Below the pieces are notes generated by a model. The model worked only from the letters and a program-made list of their open reading frames with translations. It was not told the origin of the DNA and did no database searches. This document shows positions 15,901 to 22,518 of a stretch of 25,392 nucleotides of DNA, piece by piece. The position numbers and the translations under genes are program-made. The DNA comes from Candidatus Polarisedimenticolia bacterium. GTDB taxonomy: Bacteria; Acidobacteriota; Polarisedimenticolia; Gp22-AA2; AA152. Within the stretch, counting starts at the first letter, position 1. The number at the start of each line of letters is the position of its first letter. The stretch spans positions 1 through 25,392 of the forward strand of contig DASTZC010000038.1 of assembly GCA_035764505.1 (NCBI GenBank), in the 5' to 3' direction.

Positions 15901-15962
15901 CGCTCCGCCTGCAGCCCGATCAGCAGGAGATCAGGTCCCTCCTCTCGGGCCTGGGCGGCTGA
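12948..15962 (+). CDS. Multidomain protein: N-terminal transmembrane anchor plus SPFH/band-7-like domain, an alkaline-phosphatase-superfamily core of the type I phosphodiesterase/nucleotide pyrophosphatase type, and C-terminal TPR repeats.
   Basis: The product is 1004 aa. Residues 1-~190 have a transmembrane helix (IILVAVLALGAAYLAA) followed by an SPFH-like stretch (VQPGWRFVPRFLGRVSEYPTGEVKL...VDVEAELTYSI). Residues ~195-600 have VVLVGLDSFDWRIADPLLRQGKMPNL...LSPVIWTSIATGVKPSRHGIV (metal-binding D, nucleophile T/S region) and VVSDHGF (the DHG motif), typical of the AlkP/ENPP core. Residues ~620-1000 contain at least eight TPR-like 34-aa repeats (A..A...Y..AL..DP patterns). Confidence 0.8.
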   Translation: MRPVMSRSRIILVAVLALGAAYLAASFRHFEEKPCFRVVDAPLLGSASRLVQPGWRFVPRFLGRVSEYPTGEVKLRDDLTGAAAARSREGAKVDVEAELTYSIPPEGVLALHREHGPRFETEWLSEKLRSRTAERIASVSYDLVRNRDPELASGVRGALKADVESSGIRLGALRIFEVAAVGEASGEILKVPAQPLAKKVVLVGLDSFDWRIADPLLRQGKMPNLAALIARGTRANLRTLRPILSPVIWTSIATGVKPSRHGIVDFVVTSRDTGALVPVTSAMRQVPALWTLLSRQGLEVSVVAWWATWPAETVRGSVVTDRVAFQLFEDSIKQDWRSTDPEKNKGKTYPPELFDAVRDKIRVPAEVTDEQVAWFLPGGRFPANLTAPQADLLNRFRTVIAAGETYHAVALDRLRRQDAALRMFYYEGPDTTSHLFMKYRPPLLAGTSRQEMELFGGIIDRYYERQDRFLGEIVEAAGSDCDFLVVSDHGFKSDNNRPPNSDSTIEAGKAADWHTPVGVFVAAGPDFKAASELGAASVLDVAPTVLTLFGMPVARDMDGQPLSEAFKADFLTAHPVAWIDSYGGVRQQEAESAAVASAGDAAMIEKLRSLGYIGEERLTATNNRGILALEDGDVDSAIGSFEKALGSGGEIEEMALTNLARAWLVRGDLVKAREYAEKAIATGSGNKVAMTILSGIQVKEGDTAGAEKSLRAALDIDPTLVLAHSKLGELYQKQGNLDAALAEFHKVIDIAPLSPIEFNNIGNIHRKRGELDQAMEAYRDALRCDAQYIGAYNNLGLCLQEKGKLDEAEALYSKALAIRPENPILRNSLGTLRALKGDKEGAIAEFDRATKADPDWPVAQGNLATLLFETGKLDQARPAFERWAKAEPKSTEPVLGLGLLSLMQKRREEAVGYFQQALSLDPGSFRAHVALGEILLKEGKLDQAQSHLESAARIEPDSARVYGSLGRIYMQRGRKQEAVQAFRHSLRLQPDQQEIRSLLSGLGG

Positions 15963-16082
15963 TACCTCATCTCACAAAAAACTCGAATACATTCCCGCAA
16001 TTCAGGGCCAAGTCCTGCCCGCTGAGGCAATTCGCTTCGCCGTGGCCCTTGCCGGCGCCACCCGGCGACCTATATTCACCGG

Positions 16083-17084
16083 ATGGGAATCTCCGTCGAT
16101 ACCGGGAGCTTCCGGCTGCAAGGGTGGCGCATCGCGCTGTTCGCCACGGTCGCCTTCACCGTGATGACCAGTTTTTTCTCGTCGCGGACAGGGGCCGGCA
16201 CCTGGTGGATTCTCGACCTGGCCGCCGCCGTGGGGGGAGGCTTCATGGTTCGCAGCGGCTTCCGGCAGCTCCGCAAGAAGAACATGATCGAGAACGTTCC
16301 CACCTCGGCGATCCGGTCGGTTGCGATGGGGCTCGCGGAGATCCATGGAATGGCCTGTGCCGAGGCGGCGCTGTCGGCCCCGTTGTCGGGGGAGCGCTGC
16401 CACTACTTCCGGTACCGGGTGGAAGAAGAACGGACCCGCAGCAAAGGGGGCAAGGAGTGGGTGACGGTCGATCACGGGACATCGAACGTGCCGTTCCCGC
16501 TCGAGGATTCCACCGGGAAGATACAGGTCGACCCGCAAGGCGCCGACGTCAGCCTGCAGCGCGACTATCGCCGGGTCGACGCAGGCGAGGGATGGTTCGG
16601 TCGACGCAAGCGCTACTCCGAGTGGCGCATCGATCCACGCGACCGCCTCTACGTTCTCGGGACGGTGTCGAAGCAGGGCGATTCCGTGGAGACGCGGGGC
16701 GCCGGGCTGAGCGACCGGCTCCGCCGGCTCAAGCGCGACCCGGCCGCGGTGAAACGCTTCGATCTCGACGACAGCGGTGCGCTGGATGAGCAGGAATGGG
16801 CCGGGGCGGTGGCCGTGACGAAGCAGGAGCTGCTGCAGGAGGAGACGGCGAAGCAGGCCGGCAATCCGCAGGCGGGCCTGTTCATTGGAGCGGGCGACAC
16901 CGAGTCCACCTTCATGATCTCGGATCGCGACGAGACGAGCATCACCCTGCGGCTCGCCTGGAAGGCGATCGCGGGCGTGGGGCTCGGCGGTGCAGTCCTG
17001 CTGGGGATGTCGGTCTCGATCCTGGGGCGCTTCGGAATCCTGCGGGGAGGCTGGAGCTTCCCCTGGGCGGTATTCTTCGGATAG
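16083..17084 (+). CDS. GIDE-domain membrane protein (bacterial E3-ligase-like GIDE family).
   Basis: The product is 333 aa. It has two N-terminal transmembrane helices and the central conserved CHYFRYRVEEER...EWVTVDHGTSNVPFPLEDSTGKIQVDP...RYSEWRIDPRDRLYVLGTV block characteristic of GIDE domains. A C-terminal transmembrane helix follows. Its stop lies 9 nt before lemA. Confidence 0.6.
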   Translation: MGISVDTGSFRLQGWRIALFATVAFTVMTSFFSSRTGAGTWWILDLAAAVGGGFMVRSGFRQLRKKNMIENVPTSAIRSVAMGLAEIHGMACAEAALSAPLSGERCHYFRYRVEEERTRSKGGKEWVTVDHGTSNVPFPLEDSTGKIQVDPQGADVSLQRDYRRVDAGEGWFGRRKRYSEWRIDPRDRLYVLGTVSKQGDSVETRGAGLSDRLRRLKRDPAAVKRFDLDDSGALDEQEWAGAVAVTKQELLQEETAKQAGNPQAGLFIGAGDTESTFMISDRDETSITLRLAWKAIAGVGLGGAVLLGMSVSILGRFGILRGGWSFPWAVFFG

Positions 17085-17093
17085 GAGGAGACG

Positions 17094-17666
17094 ATGGCGA
17101 TCGTCATGCTGATCGGCTTTGGGATCCTGGTCGTGATCACGGCGGGATACCTCGCCGGCATCTACAACCAGCTCGTGCAGATCAAGGTGAACGTCGACAA
17201 GTCGTGGGCCAACATCGAGGTGCTGGAGAAGCAGCGCTACGACGAGATCCCGAAGCTGGTGAAGGTGTGCGAGGGATACATGCAGTACGAGCGCGGCACG
17301 CTCGAGAAGGTGATCGCGGCCCGCAGCAGCTTCCTGCAGGCCAGAGGGCCTGGGGAGATGGCCCAGGCGGGCACCGAGATGGCGGGGGCGCTGAAGAGCC
17401 TGTTCGCGCTGGCCGAGGCCTATCCGGACCTCAAGGCGAACCAGAGCTTCACGCAGCTGCAGCAGCGGGTCAGCGCGCTGGAGAACGAGATCGCCGATCG
17501 CCGCGAGTTCTATAACGAGTCGGTGACCATCAACAACGCGCGCATCCAGCAGGTTCCCTACGTCTTCCTGGCGGGAGCGCTTTCGATGTCGCAGCGCGAG
17601 ATGTACAAGATCGCTCCCACCGAGAAGGTGTCGCCGGAGATCAAGTTCGCGATGCCGGCGGCCTGA
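17094..17666 (+). CDS. lemA: LemA family protein.
   Basis: The product is 190 aa. It has an N-terminal transmembrane helix, then LVQIKVNVDKSWANIEVLEKQRYDEIPKLV...RSSFLQA...ALAEAYPDLKANQSFTQLQQRVSALENEIADRREFYNESVTINNARIQQVPYVFLAGAL, which matches LemA throughout. AGGAGG lies 3 nt upstream of the ATG. Confidence 0.85.
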   Translation: MAIVMLIGFGILVVITAGYLAGIYNQLVQIKVNVDKSWANIEVLEKQRYDEIPKLVKVCEGYMQYERGTLEKVIAARSSFLQARGPGEMAQAGTEMAGALKSLFALAEAYPDLKANQSFTQLQQRVSALENEIADRREFYNESVTINNARIQQVPYVFLAGALSMSQREMYKIAPTEKVSPEIKFAMPAA

Positions 17667-17672
17667 ACCCCA

Positions 17673-17710
17673 AAAAAGGGGGCGGCCGTCGCCGGCCGCC
17701 CTCTAGTTTT
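17673..17710. terminator. Bidirectional rho-independent terminator between the convergent lemA and outer-membrane-protein genes.
   Basis: The sequence is AAAAAA-GGGGGCGGCCG-tcgc-CGGCCGCCC-TCTAGTTTT. It has a perfect 9-10 bp GC stem, an A-run on one side and a T-run on the other, so it can terminate transcripts from either strand. Confidence 0.6.
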
Positions 17711-17730
17711 GAGCGAGCTGCAGAGTTCCG

Positions 17731-18741
17731 CTATTTGCCCCCGCCGAACTTGAAAGCCACTCCGGCGTGCAGCGAGTTGAAGGCGATGCTGTCGCGGCCG
17801 CGATTGTCGGCGGGCCCGATGGCGAAGTGGCCCCCTTCGTTCTGGGGTATGGGGTCGGTCACCAGCCCGTCCCAGTTGGACATCGCATAGCCGACCCAGA
17901 AGTCGAGGGCCCCGTAGCTCCAGACCGCTTTCAGATCGTAGTCGCGGATCTCGCCCCGGATGTTGTCATCCGATCCCGTGAACTCGTCGTCTGCCGGGCC
18001 GCTCTGGGCGAAGCTCTGGAAGGAGTTGCCTTCCGTGTCAGCCATCAGGAACGACCAGGTGGCGCTTCCCGCCATACCGAAATGCTCGGTGAAGCCCCAT
18101 TTCACCTTGGCGCCCAGCTTGAAGCCCAGTGCGTCGGACTCGAAGTGCTTCCCCTGGCGGTAATAGTTGCCGTAGTTGTCGGCCCCCTCGAAGGTCTGGT
18201 CCTCCTCGTAGGAAGCGACCCGCAGCCCCGCCAGCCAGCCGATCGTGACTTTCTTGCCCGGCTCGAAGGAGCGGATGTAGTCGATGTCGATCGTGTCGGC
18301 CTGGACCTTTCCGGTCGTGCTGAAAGTGACGCCCGCCGGATTGTAGATGTACATGCCGCCGGAGTTGCCGTAGCCGAAGATGGTCGGATAAACCCCGCCG
18401 AGCAGGGTGTTCTCCTCCTTATCCTCGTTGTCGAAGCCCCACCACGAGACCTGCAGCTTGCCCATCTCGCCGAAGCCGTAGCCGAAGGTGATCTTCGCGG
18501 TGAAGTCGGAGTCGTTGTCGAGGACGAGACGATCCATCGTGGTCGTCGTGCCGAAAACGACGTGGTTGGCATAGTGCTGATCGAGGCTGGTGGGCTGGGT
18601 CATGCCCAAATCGAGCGCGACGTAGAAACCCTTGAAATCGGTATCGTCGGCCAGAGCTGGAGACAGGCCGAAAGAGAGGGTGAGGAGCCCGACGGCGAGC
18701 CACAGGACGCGGCCGGCCGGGACCCCGGTGCGAATCTTCAT
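17731..18741 (-). CDS. Outer-membrane beta-barrel protein (putative porin, MOMP-like), paralog 1.
   Basis: The product is 336 aa. A signal peptide (MKIRTGVPAGRVLWLAVGLLTLSFGLSPALA) is followed by alternating amphipathic beta-strand patterns rich in G/Y/F/W. The C-terminus is ...AGVAFKFGGGK, with an aromatic near-terminal strand. Confidence 0.65.
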   Translation of the reverse strand: MKIRTGVPAGRVLWLAVGLLTLSFGLSPALADDTDFKGFYVALDLGMTQPTSLDQHYANHVVFGTTTTMDRLVLDNDSDFTAKITFGYGFGEMGKLQVSWWGFDNEDKEENTLLGGVYPTIFGYGNSGGMYIYNPAGVTFSTTGKVQADTIDIDYIRSFEPGKKVTIGWLAGLRVASYEEDQTFEGADNYGNYYRQGKHFESDALGFKLGAKVKWGFTEHFGMAGSATWSFLMADTEGNSFQSFAQSGPADDEFTGSDDNIRGEIRDYDLKAVWSYGALDFWVGYAMSNWDGLVTDPIPQNEGGHFAIGPADNRGRDSIAFNSLHAGVAFKFGGGK

Positions 18742-18862
18742 TCAGTGGTCTCCCTTGGTTGGTTCACATAGGAATTGGATCGGAAAACCTACGGAACGCG
18801 GCTGGGGTTTCTGCAACCACCTCCTTTCCGGCGAAGCGAAGCGTCGAAAGCTTTGCGGGTTA

Positions 18863-19882
18863 TCAGGGAGAGGTGAAGCGCTGCCGGCCGAAGCGCCAGA
18901 GCAGGCCCACCTCGAAGCTCGAGAAGGATAAGGAATCGTCGACGGAGCTCTCGCCGACCCCTTGGAACCCTACGGCCGGGACTTGATCGCGTGGGAAGCC
19001 GTTCCACTGGGAGTTCGTCAGCCCCAGGGAGATGTCGACCGGGCCGGCCGACCAGACGCCGCGCAGCTCCAGGTCCAGGATGCTGCCGCTGAAGTTGTCG
19101 TCTTTTCCGGAGCGCGACTCACTGAGCCCGAGCTCGACAATCCTCTGGCTGGCTTTGCCTTCCGAGGTCCCGATGAGGGACGAATAGGCCATTCCGGCAC
19201 GCAGGCTGAAGTGCTGGCTCAGATGAAAATCTCCCGCCGCGCCCACCCGGATGCCGATGGCGTCGACGTCCAGGCTCTTGTCCTGAAGGTAGGTGTAGTA
19301 GCCGTCGAAGCCCTCGAAAGACTGTTCCTGCTCGTAGCTGGCCGTACGCAATCCCGCGAGCCATTTGAGACCGAAATGCTCGGTGATCTCGAGGGTGTCG
19401 GCGTAATCCAGATCCCAGGTGGAGGCTTTGATGTTGAAAGTTCCGGCGAAGCTCACCGGCAGCGTCGAGTCGCAACCGCCGGAGCTCTGGTTGCACAGGT
19501 AGAAAGAGCCGTAATAACCGTAGCCGAAAAGCTGTGGGTAGACGGTGCCGGTCTGGGTGAAGTTCTCCGCATCGTCGTTCTCGAAGGTCCAATACGAGAC
19601 CTGGATGCGGCCATGGTTCGGGCCGAACGCATAACCCAGCCCGGCGCCCCATGCCAGGTCGGCGTCGTGCTCGAGTGAGATGCGCTCCGACCGGGGGGCT
19701 GAGACGAGGGCGAGAGGCTGATCCACTCCGGTAGGCTGCGCCAGCGCCAGATCCAGCGCCAGCAGCCAGCCGCGCGCATCCTCGGCGTGCGACGCTCCCG
19801 TGAACAGGAAAAACAAGGAAAGACAAAGCCATGCGTGGCGCATGGCGCTCGAGCGGCAACGTTTTTTCGCTTGGGTGGTCAC
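18863..19882 (-). CDS. Outer-membrane beta-barrel protein (putative porin, MOMP-like), paralog 2.
   Basis: It is a paralog of 17731..18741; compare GLKWLAGLRTASYEQEQSFEG with TIGWLAGLRVASYEEDQTFEG, and QVSYWTFENDD with QVSWWGFDNED. The most likely start is the GTG at 19882, 5 nt after AAGGAG, giving MTTQAKKRCRSSAMRHAWLCLSLFFLFTGASHA-ED, a signal peptide. The six-frame ORF extends to 19888. Confidence 0.65.
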   Translation of the reverse strand: MTTQAKKRCRSSAMRHAWLCLSLFFLFTGASHAEDARGWLLALDLALAQPTGVDQPLALVSAPRSERISLEHDADLAWGAGLGYAFGPNHGRIQVSYWTFENDDAENFTQTGTVYPQLFGYGYYGSFYLCNQSSGGCDSTLPVSFAGTFNIKASTWDLDYADTLEITEHFGLKWLAGLRTASYEQEQSFEGFDGYYTYLQDKSLDVDAIGIRVGAAGDFHLSQHFSLRAGMAYSSLIGTSEGKASQRIVELGLSESRSGKDDNFSGSILDLELRGVWSAGPVDISLGLTNSQWNGFPRDQVPAVGFQGVGESSVDDSLSFSSFEVGLLWRFGRQRFTSP

Positions 19883-20026
19883 GCACACTCCTTCCGGAAC
19901 GGACCTCCCCCGTCGGGGGCGCCCTTTAATAATCCGAGCCCACGGGGGAAGTCAAGTCTGATCTTGGATTTGGCCAGCTAACCCCGCCTGCGGGAAGCTC
20001 GCGAGGAGGAGCGGAAGCCTGCGGGA

Positions 20027-20060
20027 GAATATCCGGCCGGGCGTAGAAGAGCCCGGCCGG
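20027..20060 (-). terminator. Probable intrinsic terminator after the MtrB/PioB-like gene.
   Basis: On the minus strand the sequence reads UGA-AAUG-CCGGCCGGGC-ucuucuac-GCCCGGCCGG-AUAUUCUCC. It has a perfect 10-bp GC stem directly after the stop, but the U-tract is only modest. Confidence 0.5.
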
Positions 20061-20064
20061 CATT

Positions 20065-22509
20065 TCAGCGGAAGTCGTAGCGGACCAGGAACCCGACGAT
20101 CTGGTTGGTGTAGTCGAGGAAATCGAGGCCCAGGTAGACTGCCTCAGAGGAGCCGGGATCGTTGCCCGGGTCCCCCATGTAGGGGTCGTTGAAATCGGAG
20201 GCGAAGTTGTCCTCGTCCCACTTCTCGTACCAGTAGCGGAACATGACGTCGAGGTTCTTGCGCACCGAGCAGGTCAGCCCGAGCTGGGCGATCGCCAGGG
20301 TGGTCTTCACCTCGGGGAACTGGGTCAGGGTGGTGTCGCCCGAAGCCGCGCCGCCCGGGACGAAATCGGTGTGGATCAGGTCCGTTCCGCGCGACCAGGA
20401 GAGATCGCCGTTCAGCTGCCACTTGCGGCTCTCGGAGAAGAAGGTCTGGAACGAGACGTTGGCGGTCTGGTATTTGTCGGTGGTGTCGGAAGACCAGTCG
20501 TCCAGGGGATTGTCGGTGCCGATGCCGCCGGTGACGTTGCGGTAGCGGCTGGCCAGGGCGTACTCCCGGTTCTCCCAGGTGTAATCCCCCGAAACGCTCC
20601 AGCGATTGTTGGGCACGAAGCTCGCGCCCACCGAATAAGTCTTGATCTCGTCGTCGATGCGGCCGGCGAGGAGGATGTCGTAGGTCTCGGGGATCGTGTC
20701 GAAATCCCGATCTTCCTGGATGGTGATGTGGTCGCCGATCTTCTTCCCCGTGTTCGGGTCGAAGAACTCGTCCTTGGTCACCGTCGCCTCGGCGAACAGG
20801 CTGACGGTCGGGCTCAAGGCCAGGTCGAGGAGCAGCGCCCCGTAGTCGCGGTCGCGATCGGTCCAGATGAACTTCCGCTCCCCTTCGTTCGCGGCGGCGA
20901 TGTTGGCCTCGCCGATCGGGAAAGAGGCCTCTTCGAAGTATTCGGCGTTGTATTCGTCCGCCCGGCGCTCCTGGTGCCGGGCCGTGACCCGGATGGTGAG
21001 CATGTCGTTGACGTCGAAATCGAGCGCCGCCTTCAGCGTGTCCTCGTCCGATTCGGTCACCGCGGCGATGTTGCGGTCCATTCCCTCGCGATCGTAGGCG
21101 ACGATGATGTCCATCCAGCTCGTGGGACGGAAGCCGAGGGAGGCCCCCAGGTTGGTCTTCTCGTAATCGAAAGGCACACTTTGCCGGGCGAGACGGTTCG
21201 TGGTGGCCCCGCAGGCGTTGGCGTTGCCGCACATGGTGAACTGGTAGTCGGTGGCGACGTAATCGTCGAAAACCAGGCTGTGCGTCTTGTTATCGTAGTT
21301 GTAATCGCGGAACCAGGCGGCGTAGCGAAACCAGGAAAGCGGCCGCCCCGAGACGTCGACCGACCCGAGGTTCATCTCGTACTTGCCGTCGAGGCTGTTG
21401 GCGGGCAGCGGCGCCGCGGTCGCCAGGAGAAGCGAGTTGCTTGTCTTGGCAAGGAACGGGTCGTCCTGGGTCGTGGTGCTCTGGTAGTAGGTGGCGTTGA
21501 TCCGGCTGTGGCCGGCGAAGCTGGCGCCACCGTAAAGCCTCCAGGCGAACAGGTCGCTGTTGCTCCAGGGAGACATGCGCATGAAGGCAGGGTTGGCGGT
21601 ATTGGCGTTGACGGGCACTTCGGTCAGGAACTGCTGATCGTCCCAGGTGACCGAGGTCGTGCCGGTGGTGAACTCGGAGGCGATGACGGCTCCCCCCACG
21701 TTGAAGTGGGGTGCCACGTATTCCGCCCCTACCCGCGCCTCGTCGGTCTTGAACTCGAGGGGTGCCGCGACCTCGGCGGGATCGAGGGCGAAGTACATGC
21801 CGAGGGACTGCGGAAAGAAGCCTCCCCGTCGCTCCCGCTGCCCCCCCAGGTCCACGATCCAGTTCCGCGTAGGGGTGAAGTTGAAGTTGAAGGCGGCCAC
21901 CTGCCGCTGCCACCCCACCTGCGTGTCCTGCGCGTTCTGCTGGATGGCGCTCTTGATCAGCGCTCCCTTGGTACCGGCGTCCCACTCGCCGTCGGCGGGC
22001 GCGGTGTCGACGCTGTTGGGCGCCGCCTGCACCGCGCTCTGCAAGGCGTCATCGAGCGTGAAGATGGCCCCTTCCTGCCGGGCATAGAGCTGCTTGGCGC
22101 GATCGGACCAGCGCCGCGGGTTCTCGGTCCAGGCGAAGGAGAACTTCCAGAGGTCCTGCTTGCCGGTATCGAAGAAGATGCGCTGATCGAGCTGCGAGAC
22201 GTCGCGCGCCGCCAGATCGAAGTAGTAGCCGGCCTTCGGCTCCCAGCTGAACTGCAGGAACTCCAGAACGAAGCCGTTGGGGACTTCGCGATATTCGTTG
22301 AACTTCGCCGAGTTGTTGGGGTCCTCCTGGAGGTACCACTCCGGGCCCCCCACGACCTCCCCGCTCACCTGGGCGTCCTCAGGCGGGGGGGTCTCCTCCG
22401 GCGTCACCGGCTTGGGAGGCTCGGACTGCGCGGCGGCGGGAATCATCGAGGCGACGAGCACCGCCGGGAGGATGGCAACCAGCCAGGCCCGCTTCGGGAA
22501 TGTCTTCAT
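20065..22509 (-). CDS. MtrB/PioB/MtoB-family outer-membrane beta-barrel (porin component of a porin-cytochrome electron conduit).
   Basis: The product is 814 aa, with a signal peptide (MKTFPKRAWLVAILPAVLVASMIPAAAQ), very high Y/W/F/D/N/T content and alternating strand patterns. Its size matches PioB/MtoB (~800 aa). The gene is 9 nt downstream of a decaheme cytochrome gene and has an RBS, GGAGGAAGC-ATG. The C-terminal strand is ...VGFLVRYDFR. Confidence 0.75.
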   Translation of the reverse strand: MKTFPKRAWLVAILPAVLVASMIPAAAQSEPPKPVTPEETPPPEDAQVSGEVVGGPEWYLQEDPNNSAKFNEYREVPNGFVLEFLQFSWEPKAGYYFDLAARDVSQLDQRIFFDTGKQDLWKFSFAWTENPRRWSDRAKQLYARQEGAIFTLDDALQSAVQAAPNSVDTAPADGEWDAGTKGALIKSAIQQNAQDTQVGWQRQVAAFNFNFTPTRNWIVDLGGQRERRGGFFPQSLGMYFALDPAEVAAPLEFKTDEARVGAEYVAPHFNVGGAVIASEFTTGTTSVTWDDQQFLTEVPVNANTANPAFMRMSPWSNSDLFAWRLYGGASFAGHSRINATYYQSTTTQDDPFLAKTSNSLLLATAAPLPANSLDGKYEMNLGSVDVSGRPLSWFRYAAWFRDYNYDNKTHSLVFDDYVATDYQFTMCGNANACGATTNRLARQSVPFDYEKTNLGASLGFRPTSWMDIIVAYDREGMDRNIAAVTESDEDTLKAALDFDVNDMLTIRVTARHQERRADEYNAEYFEEASFPIGEANIAAANEGERKFIWTDRDRDYGALLLDLALSPTVSLFAEATVTKDEFFDPNTGKKIGDHITIQEDRDFDTIPETYDILLAGRIDDEIKTYSVGASFVPNNRWSVSGDYTWENREYALASRYRNVTGGIGTDNPLDDWSSDTTDKYQTANVSFQTFFSESRKWQLNGDLSWSRGTDLIHTDFVPGGAASGDTTLTQFPEVKTTLAIAQLGLTCSVRKNLDVMFRYWYEKWDEDNFASDFNDPYMGDPGNDPGSSEAVYLGLDFLDYTNQIVGFLVRYDFR

Positions 22510-22518
22510 GGCTTCCTC

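Noticed and set aside
19119-19886. A 255-aa alternative minus-strand frame over the second barrel gene.
   Set aside because: It is a different frame on the same strand as the convincing beta-barrel ORF. The product is R/G/P-rich without structure.
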